The translations under genes and the position numbers were made by a program. A model generated the notes under the pieces. The model was not told the DNA's origin. It saw only the letters and a program-made list of their open reading frames with translations, and did not search any database. A DNA stretch of 62,793 nt, filler included, from Chiloscyllium plagiosum (lineage: Eukaryota), in assembly GCF_004010195.1 (NCBI RefSeq). It is 6 parts of 2 records of this genome, joined end to end, with 100 filler letters (N's around TTAATTAATTAA, not from the genome) between each part and the next. Parts side by side here need not be neighbours in the genome. Positions count along the whole stretch, not along the records: positions 25,885 to 31,191 come from NC_057710.1; positions 31,292 to 50,706 come from NC_057710.1; 4 more parts are not named here. The stretch is one strand, 5' to 3'. Below are positions 25,785 to 38,586 of this stretch, piece after piece. Position 1 is the stretch's first letter. Each line of letters starts with the position of its first letter.

Positions 25785-25884
25785 NNNNNNNNNNNNNNNN
25801 NNNNNNNNNNNNNNNNNNNNNNNNNNNNTTAATTAATTAANNNNNNNNNNNNNNNNNNNNNNNNNNNNNNNNNNNNNNNNNNNN
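25785..25884. other. Artificial assembly spacer N44-TTAATTAATTAA-N44 (also 31192-31291, 50707-50806, 56026-56125, 59999-60098)
   Basis: Identical 100-bp construct with stops in all six frames, seen five times. Confidence 0.97.
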
Positions 25885-26182
25885 GGAGACTAGGACCCGT
25901 GGACACAGCCTTAGAATTAGAGGGGGTAAATTCAGAACAGAAATGCGGAGACATTTCTTCAGCCAGAGAGTGGTGGGCCTGTGGAATTCATTGCCGCAGA
26001 GTGCAGTGGAAGCCGGGACGCTAAATGTCTTCAAGGCAGAGATTGATAAATTCTTGATGTCACAAGGAATTAAGGGCTATGGGGAGAATGCGGGTAAGTG
26101 GAGTTGAAATGGCCATCAGCCATGATTGAATGGCGGAGTGGACTCGATGGGCCGAATGGCCTTACTTCCGCTCCTATGTCTT
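25885..26182 (+). mobile_element. CR1 3' end
   Basis: RRHFFSQRVV-coding sequence and the gaatggccttacttccgctcc tail. Confidence 0.9.
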
Positions 26183-26515
26183 ATACCAGAGCATTCAGTC
26201 TCTCACAGCCAGGCTGTGCACCAGTTTGTTCCCCCAAGCCATCAGGCTTCTTAACACCATATAATCAGACTCTTTTCCATCTGATATTCTTTGCATGACT
26301 TCAAATTGCTACTACAACAATGTCTATTAATTATCATTCTTTTATAACACTGTAATTTGAGTGTTTTGCACTTCTTATGCACTTTATGCCGCCCTTTGCA
26401 TGATAGTATAGTTTGTGCTGTCCACGTAGCACCTTAGTCCTGGAGGAACGTTGTCTCGTTTTTACTGTATCAGTTGTATATGGTAGAAATGGCAAATAAA
26501 ATCTACTCTACTCTC
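26183..26515 (+). mobile_element. Rex1/Babar 3' end
   Basis: FPQAIRLLN-coding segment, AATAAA and tctac repeat tail. Confidence 0.7.
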
Positions 26516-29500
26516 AGAGATTACAGGATGGCACTGAGGTGGATGTTCCATTACTACAGACTGAAATGCACTCTGTGCGTGGACGTGAGACCCCTGGAGA
26601 ATATAGACAGATGGTCTAGAGAAATGCCTCACCCAAAGAAGGGGCCAATGAAGACATGGGAAAGCCTCAAGCAGTTAAGGGGAATATATATGCTCCATCC
26701 CTGGGAAGGGGTACAAATGCAGGATGTGATTGTAACTAAAAGAGAAGAACACCTCCTCCGTGAGGCAGTTACAAGTGCTCTTGGATAGTATGAGCAGGAG
26801 CTGCAAGCTGGCTACACAGCAATAAAACAGTGGGGTTACAGGGGTATAGTCCACATAAGACCGATTGGACAAAAGTCACAGCTTGTTGTCAAAAACCCAT
26901 AGAAGAGGTCACAGAATATGAGGAAAGGTTTAGGACAACCTGGAAAGAATATCCAGGAGTCTCAAATATGCAGGGTGACAGGGATTTTGAAGGTTGTTAT
27001 TATGGCCAGCTGAAGTCTGCTTTTGTAGCTGGACTTAAACCTGAGCTCATCAAGATGTTAAAGCTAACCAAACCAGACTGGGACCAGAGGAGGACTAACT
27101 AAAATGAATTGGTGGACCGAGCCCACCAGCTTAACCGATATATGGATGCCGAATTGCGAGCCCTTCAGGCAGGATGAATGAAACAGACCCCCAGGAACCC
27201 TGGGAAGACTCAAGACAAATGCCCAGGGAAGTGTCACTCGTGTGGGAAGGAAGACTATTGGGCCGGGGGTGTTGGCAAAGGGAGATGTCGCCCAATAAGC
27301 AAAAAGGAAGAGGAGACCCAGGAAGCTGGAAGTAAGACTGATCTTCTTGAATAGTTTAAAAAACCAACCATCCAGCAGCAGCAGGAGCTGCTGAGATTGA
27401 CAAAAAACTGAAAGAGCCCCTCTACTTTCCTATTGGCTTCATGCCAGCAGAGGAGAGATGGACTGCATGTGAACATGAGGGCCAGCGATTTGGATAATGA
27501 GTGCCTTTTGGACACTGGAACAGAATTGACATGACTATCCCAGAGGTATGAGATCAAACTCCCACTAGATAGGACAATGAGGACAGCCTATAGAGCAGGA
27601 GCTGACAGGATTGAAATCAAATAGAATTTGGCCCTCATGAGTTAGTAGCCTGTATATGCTAGGACCTGTAGCCCAGCTGCTCCTCGCAACGGATATCCTC
27701 ACCCAACTGAATTCATCTTTACATTTCAATGATGGACAGGTAACGTGGTCCATCAGAACCCTACAAAGGGAAGAATTAAAAGGTCACCCTATTTGGGCTA
27801 AAAACAAGGATGACTGTTGGTTACTGAAAATGGGGCTTTTACAAGAACATCTCCACCTTGTACCAAATAGGAAAAAGGGACTCTGATGAAAACCTACAGT
27901 ATTTATAACAGCCCAGTATGGCCCGTGTGAAAGGCAAGTGGGAAATTGATATTAACTACAGATCACAGGAAAGCTAGATAGGCTGTCATGACAGTGTGGA
28001 ATGTTGTGACATCGGGAAGCCTACCCCCGGAGCTCTCAGAATTACAGGCTCTGACTGAAGCTTGCAGAGCAGCAAAGGATCAGTCTGCTAACTGTGCTGC
28101 CGACTATAGTCTTATAAGTGAAGACCTATTGTCCCACAGCACAGTACCAACTGATGCTGTAAGTTTTGCTTCCTCACAAGTATCGGCTGCCTGAAAAGAC
28201 CTGTCGGAAGGAGGTCATAACACTGTACCAGGCGAGTGGGTTCTTGTGAATAAGATCCACAAAGAACCTTTAGGCATGAAGTGGAAAGGACCATACCTGG
28301 TGTTGATGATCACCTGGAAGGTTGTCTAGGTCCAAAGAAAGGTGTCCTACAGCACAATGGAACATGACTGACCACCATGATATATATTATTGTTATTCTA
28401 ACTGTGCATGTATTCTTTTTGTAAAGTGCAGTTATCGACAAACTGTTAAAAGCATATACTGTCCCCAGCTGCGAGCCATGTTCCTGCAAGCCCCTCCAAC
28501 ATCTAAGAGACTCAAATGGTATATTTGAGTTAGGATAAGAATTGTGTGCTTCTCTTCGAAAGTCTCAGTAGAATCAAAAGGGGGTACTGTGAAATATAGA
28601 GTTATAAGCTATCTTTATTAACTCACTCAGCAGCTAGCTATATTCATTAACATCGGGTTTCAGTTCATTCAATCATAACCCTTTACTAACCCGTTATTTA
28701 CTATTACATGGTTTCATTCATTCATTCATAAAATCATAGTTCTGTAGTATATTTTACTATTGCAAGATAGACTAAAAAATTGAAACAATATTTCCAAACC
28801 CATTACTACTCCTTTACACCTTTGACCTTTATCAGACCTATTTATATCAAAAGCTACCTCTGAATAAATATCACGACTACTAACCTATTCAGAACAATAC
28901 CAACCCTACCATCATGTCTCCATGATGTATCCAAAACAATGGAAAGATTATAAAATTAATCAGCCCTTACCAACCATCTCTCGGACCTGAACAGATTATA
29001 GAACACCAAGTATGTCCCCAGTTGGTAAAAACTAGCTAAATATCTTTTAACTGGGCCATTTTTCCTTTAAGAAACTAACTGTCAAAGCAGAGCTATGTGA
29101 AATTGCATGAATGAATCAAACTCACACCAGCAAATAGTAAACAAATCTGACAACCCAGCTGTGATAATCAGTTTAATATCCTTTTTTTTAAATTAAGTAC
29201 AGGTACAATTTTTAACTTATTTAGAGCATATAGGCCTAGTATTTTTTATGAACATTTACTAACTTAAAAGACAAAAGGACTAACATCTCTTTATTATGCA
29301 AACAAACAGGACAGACACTCTTAATCCTATCAGGAAGTAGCAGCCAGCACTTAGCATATGTTTTAACCCATCTCCTGTCTCCCAGGACAGAAGCCCCTCA
29401 AACCTTTATGTACTATAGATAAAACAATGTAACACTATAGTAATGGAATTTTAATATATGTAAGAACTGTATTTTAGGATTCTACTGCCGCCTCAAACTT

Positions 29501-29565
29501 GTGCTACTTGTGGTTACTGAATAAAGAGGCTATTTTCGCTACTCATCAATTTCGGTCTAACCACA
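26516..29565 (+). mobile_element. Internally deleted endogenous retrovirus-like provirus (gag, pro, RT/RNaseH/IN fragments, 3' LTR)
   Basis: Capsid MHR-like TDWTKV..CQKPIEEVTEYEERF..AFVAGLKPE, zinc knuckle CHSCGKEDYWA (27232), protease LLDTG (27505-27519), RT start YNSPVWPV (27904), RNaseH ELQALTEAC, IN C-terminus PGEWVLV..WKGPYLVL. Confidence 0.9.
28588..29565 (+). repeat. 3' LTR of the provirus
   Basis: Polypurine tract aaaaggggg just before TG, AATAAA at about 29520, ends ..CA before CR1 sequence resumes. Confidence 0.65.
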
Positions 29566-30002
29566 GAGGTTAGAGAGGCTCGTATTTTAATATATTCAAG
29601 GCTGAGATAGATTTTTAATCAGTAAGTGAATCAAGGGTTGTAGGGAAAAAAAGAGAGAAAAGTGAAGTTGATGATTATCAGATTGATGGAGCAGACTCAA
29701 TGGGAAGAATGGCCTCTTTCTGCTTCTGTCTTATTGTCTTTTGGAAGCTCATTTAAGCAAATAGTATAAATAGATTCAATAGGCAATTAGATACATCTCT
29801 GGATAGAGAGGTGACTAAGAAAGGTGAAGATTGGTGAAAAGATAGAAAGTTTGATTAAGATCAATCAGAAAGGAACAGAATGGGTAGGTCTATTAGTCTT
29901 CTCTGTAATGTAAAGCAAATGACAGCTAAGAAGAAAACAGCATTATTATAATGGCAGGATTGTTGGTAATAATCAAAATTTGAAAATCTTTGGTTAAAAC
30001 AG

Positions 30003-30359
30003 GCATTCCTTCTTCCCGAAGGTGGAGCAAGGTGCCACCCAAAACATTTGGCTGCACAATAACAAACAACTGATGTTGGCACACACACCCATTCCTTTAA
30101 TTAAACAACTTTTGACCCCAATCTGTGATGAGATCAACATCACTGTAAATTGGCAGACCAATTATCAACAAGAACATAAAATGCTGAAAAATTTATTGAG
30201 AGAGAAAGTGTTGATGTTTCAAGAATCTCCTGGTTAATTTAAGAAAGGAATCCTTCCCCTTGTGGATAACTTTCTCCCAGAGCAAAATGATCTTATGTGT
30301 TATTAGGAGTCAATTTAACCAGGCTTTCCTAAGTTAACAAATGTGAGAAGCATTAGAAA

Positions 30360-30399
<40 letters not shown>

Positions 30400-30800
30400 T
30401 ATTGTAGCCATTCTAGTGGAGGTTACCAGTAGTGTTGACTTGTAGTTGAAGTAATATTTTTAGATTCTTGGTTTTGTAGGCTGAATAATGTTATTTTCTC
30501 CCAATTCCGTTTTTTAAAACTGCTTTGCAGCACTTGGAATCGGAGAGAGTCATTAACTACAATATAGGAATAACTAGGGGATAGTTCTTCTACTGTGACT
30601 TTCACAGCATGCTAACACTCAAATTCTGGCTGGTACATACTACCCTATTCCAATAATGTAGAAATTGGCTTCTTTAACCCTTATTCTTGTATTTTCTCCA
30701 AATGGAAGAACACAAAATGTGTCCGCAGTTTGGGACTAAATCCACAATGGTGTCTGCTGTTGAGCAGGGCTTATCAGTCCTTGTTGTCTTTGTAGTCATA
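30003..30800 (+). pseudogene. Pseudo-exons, TAGT repeat 2
   Basis: Acceptors at 30002 and 30479. DVGTHTH/LIKQL, FKTALQHLES..INYNIGI, FFYCDFHS and TQNV..AGLI versus GREB1 GVGAAHFLIKEL, LKHIMQHIEA..MHYALLGL, FSRCHVHN and TQNV..AGLL. Confidence 0.5.
30359..30395. repeat. (CA)n microsatellite
   Basis: Directly visible. Confidence 0.95.
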
Positions 30801-31034
30801 AGAGATTACAGTTCCCTATATTTGAAGTTTCCCTCGTAATTTATATTTGTGACATTCTATGAACTTCTGATTAAAAATTTAAAAAATCAATTAATACTAC
30901 AGAGTTCTGATCCATTATGATAACAAGAAGAAAAGTACACTTTCAAGGATGTGGGAATATAAAACAAAGTAAAAACTGGGCTCTTTAAATCAAGAAAAGA
31001 TATTACAGTATGTTAGTGACAAAAGATCAGTATG

Positions 31035-31191
31035 GTAAAAACAAGGACTGCAGATGCTAGAAACCAGAGTCTAGATTAGAGTGGTGCTGGAAAAGCACAG
31101 CAGGTCAGGCAGCATCTGAGGAGCAGGAAAATGGACGTTTCAGGCAAAAGCCCTTCATCAGGAATAGAAGCAGGGTGTCTGCAGAGTGGAG
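31035..31191 (-). mobile_element. Penelope pLTR fragment with hammerhead motif
   Basis: Reverse complement of ctgatgaagggcttttgcctgaaacgtc. Confidence 0.85.
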
Positions 31192-31291
31192 NNNNNNNNN
31201 NNNNNNNNNNNNNNNNNNNNNNNNNNNNNNNNNNNTTAATTAATTAANNNNNNNNNNNNNNNNNNNNNNNNNNNNNNNNNNNNNNNNNNNN

Positions 31292-31556
31292 TCTTCCTTG
31301 TCTATGTGTATATTTCTGATGATGTCCAAGAATTCCTGTGTTGATTGTATAGATTGTCTGGATCCGCTGATCAGGTGTTTCAGTTTCTGCTGTAGTTCTT
31401 TAGCCAGTTTTTGTGATGGTGTCCCTGGTAGTGATACTATGGGTCTGAGTGGGATGCCTGGTTTGTGCACTTTGGGTAGTCCATAGAATCTGGGGGAGTT
31501 GTTGCTTTCAGGTTTCATTCTTTGTAGGTCAGACCTGGTTATCTGTCCGTTTTTTG
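31292..31556 (-). mobile_element. Penelope RT fragment
   Basis: PRFYGLPKVHKPGIPLRPIVS motif. Confidence 0.9.
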
Positions 31557-32914
31557 AACAGTTTTAGCAAAACCTCCCTACTTTAATGCTCCATTCCAGT
31601 TACCTTCCCTATTTCACACTTAACTTGGATGTTAGCTTTTTTTATAATTCATGGGCAAGTACTTCCAAATTCCATTGTTCCATAACATTCTGCAGTCTAT
31701 GACCATTTAAATAATACTTTAATCCTTGATCTTTCTTGCCAAAGTGCATAAGCTCACAATTTTCCCACATTATAATTCCACCTGCCAACTGTTTATCCAC
31801 TTACTAATGAATAACTATGAAAATACTAATGAATAACTGTTTTGCTCCCTGGGGTCAGGTTCAGGACAGGAACCACATGGTCTGTTGAGCCTGTTCTCCT
31901 AATCAATATGATCATGACCAATCTTCAGCTTCAATTCCACTTTCCCGCTCACTCCCTATATTTATCAATTCTTTGAGAAAGCAAAAATGTATCTATCTCA
32001 ACACTGAAAATTGAAAATATAGTCAACAAAAGATATTTAGATCGTTCATAATCTCCTGCAGCAAGGTAATTCCTCTTCACCACCCACCAAAGCAATGTCT
32101 CAGTTATAGAAAAACAAATGTAGGCATTTGACCAAACTAATTAACACTAGAATATTACACGTGACAAGGGGAAACCATGGGACATACGCAAATTGTCAAG
32201 TGTTCCAGTGAAATTTTAAGGTTGATCAATTTTAAAACAGTAAAGCTGCACATTTAGTAGTGAAATGCTGCAATTCAATGCTGATTCAAACACTGATTAC
32301 TAAACAGTTTAAAACATAGCAAATCATGTCTGCCTTGACACTAAAACCCTCATGCAAAAGGAGGTTGGCAATCAATCAGTAAAACATTATTACTTGTCAA
32401 ACAAAACCTCTGGGAGCACCTGCTGGACATTAAGAACAATTGCAGCGACTAATTATATTGTAGATTTTTGAGTCTGGTCTTGTTATTTGTCACCATATGA
32501 AGAATGGTGACCAAATTTTGAAGTTAGTGTTCACAGAAACATTCCATAAACTTAAAATAATTTTGCAAAAAGAATAAAAAGGTGAATATGTTGTAACATT
32601 GGTACTGGATTAACTCAACAATGTTCCATTTCAATGAAAAACTCAAGATTGAACTTTCTCATAATTGGGTAAAATGTCATTTTTGTCATGCTTTATTGCA
32701 CTATCATCCAAAACTGCCTAATTAGTACACACTATGTGACTACGGCTAAAGCTAGCCTGAATCTTCCACTTGTGTAGCCAGACATATTCGCCACTGCTAG
32801 AATATCATGGGATCTCTGTTGCTGAGACCATTTTTGAAACGCCTTGGTGCACCTGGTCAAACACCATCAGGATCTGCCCTGCACAGTTCATGACATTTGC
32901 TCTGGACAAGGCAG

Positions 32915-33430
32915 ATATATGGGGAAATTGTCATCTAATTTTGTGGACACAGATCTGCATGGGATGGTGCAGAGGAGTGACATCCTCTTCTCATAGGACT
33001 GGCATCTGGCTGCTGCCACTCAAATTAGTGTGGATTCAGCCACCTTAATGAACACCCAGCAGTGTAGGAAGGTGGTCAATAATCTCCGCTCCATCAAGTT
33101 AAGTGCCAATATCTTCTCTCTGCAATCACTCTATCTTTGCTATGACACACTGCTCCCACCAACACTCATTCTCTACCATTCATCCTCTAGCCTGCAATAT
33201 CTTGCCTCACTCACTGTCATCCACCAAATTCCCTGACATCACTGATTCTGCACAGCCTCTGCGCTGAACACTCATTCATTAAAGACACCTCACCACCCTT
33301 CTCCCACATGTAGTAGCACTAACTGTTGTGTCACTCACTTTCATTTCATTCAATTGTTCTCCCTCTTTTATTCCAGGAGAAAACAGCCCATATTAGAGCA
33401 GAAGAGACAAGGAGTAGGATGCCCCATGTT
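32915..33430 (+). mobile_element. Decayed Harbinger Myb/SANT-like DNA-binding gene (two exons)
   Basis: NFVDTDL..TQQCRKVVNNL, decayed donor ttaagt at 33099, acceptor ttccag at 33376, then EKTAH. Confidence 0.65.
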
Positions 33431-34616
33431 CAATTCTTCACTCCTTACAAGAAATGGATCCTGAACCCTGGTCGCTAAAGTGGCTGAATAACTGTGCCTA
33501 AGGCTCTGTACTGGTATCAGTGGCTGTCCTTAACTTACTGTGCCAGGACTCTAACTGAAGGCTGACTCCCTTGAGTTGACTGAGCACTAATCTTCTTAGA
33601 CTTGGAGACAATGGTCATTTAGTTGAAGCACCTGCAGTGTGTTTATAACGTATTCTATTTGACATAAGTTGCAGCTTTGAGACTGACATAGCAATGGTGC
33701 CACAAATCAAGATATCAATCCCCTTGAGTGATGACAACTGACAACTGTGACAAGCTTCCTGACATTGTGGTTGTACTAAAATGCAAGGCAAAACCAGGCA
33801 GAGATGCAGTAAGCATCCACACAGGTGCTAAGTAGGTGAGCGCAAAGAAAGCAAACGAGCCCTGAAATGCTATCATCTCATTAAATGTGGCAATTGGCAA
33901 AGTGAGGTAATGGATGTGAGGATGTGAAGTGACTCAAGTGGAGTAAGGGGGTTTTGAGGTTGTACTCAGCAATTCTGTGCTTGAGGAGCTGTAGATCTTT
34001 AATGTGGGATAACAAATTAGTATTGTGGAGTCTAGCTTTAAGACAGTGGTGATGGCAAGGAGATAAATTCAAAAACTGAAGAGCTAGGAGTGTTGCTTTA
34101 TCATACTACTTAGAATGCGGATTACTGTGCAACACTGTCCTGGAAGCAAGGAAGTTGGTCATCAGTACAAGTGGGTGCTCTTTCCATTTAGTGCAACAGG
34201 CAATGCTAATGTATATCCAGCCCCATAAAAGGGTGAATGTTGCAATGGGGAACTCAGACATTGTTAAACAGTTGGCCTTGGCTGTGCAAGTGGTGAGGAA
34301 AGGTTGGCAGTGAGTGGTAAGGCAATATGAGGGGCATCACCCTCAGGGATCATGGGGCTTTAACTGCAGCAGAAACATTCCAAAGACAACTAGATTATAC
34401 TTGATCCTAAGGAGGGTTGCAGTGGACAATGAGGACAAAAGTCAGATTTTGGGTGCAGTGTCAACAAAGAGTAATACATTCTGCAAGTGGGACAGAGTTC
34501 CAGATACTAGGGAGGCAGCAGTGAAAGATATGGGTAGAAAGCAAAGGTTCTACTGATGAAGCCAAAGCTACTTTTAGCTCATCAATAAGTAGCGCCAGCT
34601 GTTCAGGTAAATGACA

Positions 34617-34907
34617 TGGGCAGCACAGTGGCTCAGTGGTTAGCACTGCTGCCTCACACCAACAAGATCCCAGCTTCATTTCTACCCTCGGGCAACTGTT
34701 AGTGTGGAGTTTGCACATTCTCCACTTGCAGGTTTGGTGCATTGGCCATGCTAAACTGCCCATAATGTCCAAGGACATACAGGCTAGGTTGGAATATGCA
34801 GGGTTACAGGTGTAAGGTAGGGGGCTGGTTCTGGTGGACTACCCTTTGGAAGTCAGTGAAGGCACAATGGGCCAAATAGCCTTCTTCCACAACACTGGAA
34901 TTCTATG
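34617..34907 (+). mobile_element. V-SINE (HE1-like), degenerate
   Basis: tRNA-like head and V-domain. Confidence 0.8.
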
Positions 34908-34969
34908 ACATATGTGCCGAGTTGCCATGAGATCAAATCACATTGTACTAGTTGTCGTGCTTGCCATAA

Positions 34970-35400
34970 CCCATCAAGGTTTACCACTACTGGCTTCTTT
35001 GAATGATCAGTTGCAGACCTCCGCGGCATCTTGCATATCATTCGTGGCCTATTTTCCAAGTCTGGACAGTATATGTGGTTCATGATAGATTGGATCCCAC
35101 ATGCACTGAAGGAATTGGGTTTCAGCATCATAATTAGATTCCCCCAAAAATGAGCATCATCAATTGCACCGATATGGCCATCTGATTTCCAATTAGATTC
35201 TTCAATAGGAAGGGCTTCCATTCCTTGAACAATCAATATGCACAACAGATTCCTTCCTTTATGTGGTTGCTTTGTTAGCAGCCACCATGACACTTCATTC
35301 TCTGCCAATCTAGACTGTTGTGGCTCTTTATTCTACACTGCACTTGAGTTTTCCTCTCTGTGCCTATCCCTGTGACCACTAATGAGCCACAAAACTTGTC
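34970..35400 (+). mobile_element. Decayed Harbinger (HARBI1-like) DDE transposase fragment
   Basis: GFSIIIRFPQ..IINCTDMAI..FFNRKGFHSLNNQ..HD versus consensus-like GFPQVQGAIDCTHVAI..NRKGFHSLNVQ..SCHD. Confidence 0.75.
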
Positions 35401-35519
35401 TTCTGATTAATGAAATAGTTGTGGTCATTCCATTGCAAGTAAGAACATATTCCTGTTTCTCCATAGCTGTGAGTTCACACTCAAAAACAGTCCTGATTTC
35501 CATTTCTTGACTGCAACAA

Positions 35520-35830
35520 GCAAATCCAGATCAAATAAGAGCAGCAAACCTGCAGGGAAATCGCATAAGTCTGCAAGAACTCTGAAGGGTGATCCTGAAG
35601 ACATTGATTATCCAAATATTGACTGGGATAATGAAGAATAAAGGGTGAAATGGGGAAGAATTTCTTTACTGTGTCACATCTTCCTAATCAGAATGTTCTA
35701 GGTCTAATTAGGAAGATGGCAGTATAAAATCCGGAACTAGGAAATGAGGAGGGTCAATGATCAATCCAAAATTTTTCAGACAGTTGGCCACCATGCCTTA
35801 GCAAAACGGCACTGGAGCCCAAATCTGGAA
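35520..35830 (+). pseudogene. Pseudo-exon, TAGT repeat 3, 5' part
   Basis: 35704-35790 gives an ungapped 29-codon match: LIRKMAV*NPELGNEEGQ*SIQNFSDSWP versus GREB1 LIKELSYHNLELERNRQEELGIKPQDIWP. Exon limits are approximate. Confidence 0.65.
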
Positions 35831-36259
35831 TCTAAAACCTTGTACTCAGCACCCATCATTTTGCTGCAGGGAGAGATGGATGAGAGGGAGTCTGCAATGA
35901 ATCATTTAAAAGTTTGAATAATGCGACTTGGGGGATTTACACATTGACAAACAGCCTTAGCAAACCTATGTTGAATTTAAAAAGGCAAAGCAAAATAATT
36001 TTAACAGGGAGATACGGGCATAAGGAAAAAATATAACATGAAGCTATCAGAGAGATCATTCGCTTAGAAGAATTTAAAAACTCAATGTCTTTTTAAATTA
36101 GAAACCATATTGATGACAGAAGAGTTGCCACTGTCAGGCAGCAACAATAGCTGGCGATTAGATCCATTAAACGAAATGTGTTTCTTTTACACCCCCATAA
36201 GGGAGAGTGAAAAGGCAAGAAGCCAAGGTAAAGAAAGGACAGCTAAGAATGCCTGAAAA

Positions 36260-38110
36260 TCCCATAAGATGTCGAGCAGAAGTAGACCATTCAGCCCATT
36301 GAGACTGCCCACCATTTAATGAGACAATGGTTAGCTCAATTGGCTGAATGGCTGGATAGTAATGTAGAATAACACCAACAGCATGGGTTCAATTCCTGCA
36401 CCGGCTGAGGTTATCATGAAGAACATTCCTTCTCAATCTCTCCCTTCCCCTGAGACATGGTGACCTTAGGTTAAACCAGCATGAATGAGAGAGCAGCCTT
36501 ATAATCCGGTAAGACTACGGTGACTCTACCTTTTATAGTTTTAGCAAGACTTCCCTATTTTTCTACACCATCCCCTGTGAAATACCTGCTTTCCATACTA
36601 ACTGTGAAACTTGGATGAGCACTCCCAAATCCCTCTGTGCTGCAGATAGCTGCAGTCTTTCTCCATGTAAATAATATTCAGATCTCCCAATCTTCCGTTC
36701 AAAGTGCATAATCTCACATTACATTTCATCTGCCAGGTTTTTGCCCACATGCTTGGCCTGTCTATACCCCTTTGCTGACTCTGTATTATCCTTACCACAT
36801 GTCTTCCCATCTATTTTTGTGCCATTCACCAAACTGACTTTAATACATTCGCTTCCTTCATCCAGGCCAGTTAACAAATATTGGAATTAATTTTGGCCCT
36901 CCCCATGGCGCTCCACTAGTTACAGACTGCCATTCTGAATGCCCCCTTATCCCAACTCTGACTTGAAATAGTTAGCCATTCATGAGCTTTTACTTTATTA
37001 AGTAGCCGAATATGTGATATCTTATCAAACACCTTCTGAAAATCCAAATATATGGCATCCACTGCTTCTCTTTAATTTATCCGACTGTTGCACCTCAAAG
37101 AATTCTGTAAATTTGTCAGGCATGATTTCTCTTTCATGAACTTAGGATAATTCTGTTTGGTATGTTTTTCATTTCTCAATACTCGGCTATTTCATTCTTT
37201 ATAATAGACTCTAACATTTCCCCAAAGCTAAGCTTATATTTGCCTATTTTTTGTTTGTTTACTTCCTAAAAATTTTAGAAAGTTTTTCACCAGTGTATCT
37301 ATTATCTCTACAGCTGCGTATTTTAATATCCAGGGATGCAAATTCAGAGACTTAATGGTCTTTAGCCCAATTAGTTTCCAGAGTATCTTTTTCTCCAGTA
37401 ATAATTATTGGATTTATTTCTGCTCCACATTTTAGCCCTGCAGTCTTTATATGTTTGGAATGCTGGTAGTGTCTTCGACAGTGAAGGTTGATGCAAAGTA
37501 TTCATTCAAATCCTTTACAGTTTCTGGGGGCCCCCTTACTATTCCCTAACCTCATTCTCTAAAGGGCCTTAAAGTTCACGTTAGTTTCTCTCTTCCTTTT
37601 CACATACTTAAAGAAGGTCTTCCTCTCCATCTTGATATCACTTCCTAGATTACCCTTAAAGTTTATTTTATCCCTTTTTTTTGGTCATGTTTTGTTGGTT
37701 TTTAGAACTTTCCCAATTGTCTGGTTTTTATTACCAACCTTTGCCATATTAAATGTCTTTTTTTCCTTCAATTTGATGCTGTCCTTAACTTCCCTAGTTA
37801 ACCATGGTTAGTTTAACCATTTCTAGAAATATTCTTTCTCTCTGGAATATTTATTTATTGAGAGTTATGAACTTTAATGTTTGCCATTGTTCTGATTATC
37901 TTTGCTGCTCAACTCCTTCCCCAGTCCACTCCAGTGAGCTCTGCCCCCTCACTTCTCAATTAATTATCCGATTTAATTAACACAGTTGTTTCCAAAGTTT
38001 CTCCCTCTCAAAGTGAATGCTAAGTTCTATCATGCTTTGATCACTGTTCTTTGGGAATCTTTTACTCTGAGGTCATTTATTAAATCTACCTCATTACATA
38101 TTACCAGATC
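36260..38110 (-). mobile_element. Old CR1 fragment with an embedded tRNA-SINE (about 36328-36535, +)
   Basis: WAKTWQMKCNV on the minus strand. The SINE has ggttagctca..gggttcaattcc boxes. Confidence 0.65.
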
Positions 38111-38586
38111 TGATTCCCTGCTCAGGTTGGAAAGGAAGAATGCTGAGAGTGGAGGATAAAATCAAAGGCCTAAGCATTTCCAGTGGAGTACTTTTCTAAG
38201 AAACTAAACACACTCAGTAGTATTCTAAAGTGGAAAAAGAGAATTTGTGATTATTATTAACTCTTCAACGTTTTGAGGTATAAATCTGACATGGTTACAA
38301 AGAAATACGAACACCCATAGTCCACAGACCACTACTTTTTGCAGAAAAAATTAAGACTTAATGTAATTTTGTTCTAATCGAGCTTACTGCTTTAATCACT
38401 CATTGTAAAAATTCTTCATATTGCTGGCAAAAATAATACAATAACTATTGATTATTAAAAATGTGATTGCATTAAAATATTTGAAAAATTTGTGAAGCAA
38501 ATCCTAAGAAATTCTTGAAAATCCTGTATAATCGTGAAAGACAGAGTAAATGAATGTATCTGAAAATGGGTTTCATTTTCTTCAAG

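Noticed and set aside
25785..25884. TTAATTAATTAA palindrome repeated at five sites
   Set aside because: An artificial six-frame-stop spacer embedded in Ns, not biological.
30022..30237. 71-aa open frame as an intact terminal exon
   Set aside because: No intact upstream exon chain. GREB1-like motifs are spread across two frames, which indicates a frameshifted relic.
34853..35308. Minus-strand ORF with GAIDDAH resembling HARBI1
   Set aside because: The real Harbinger motifs (NCT, NRKGFHSLN) are on the + strand. The ORF also runs into a SINE.
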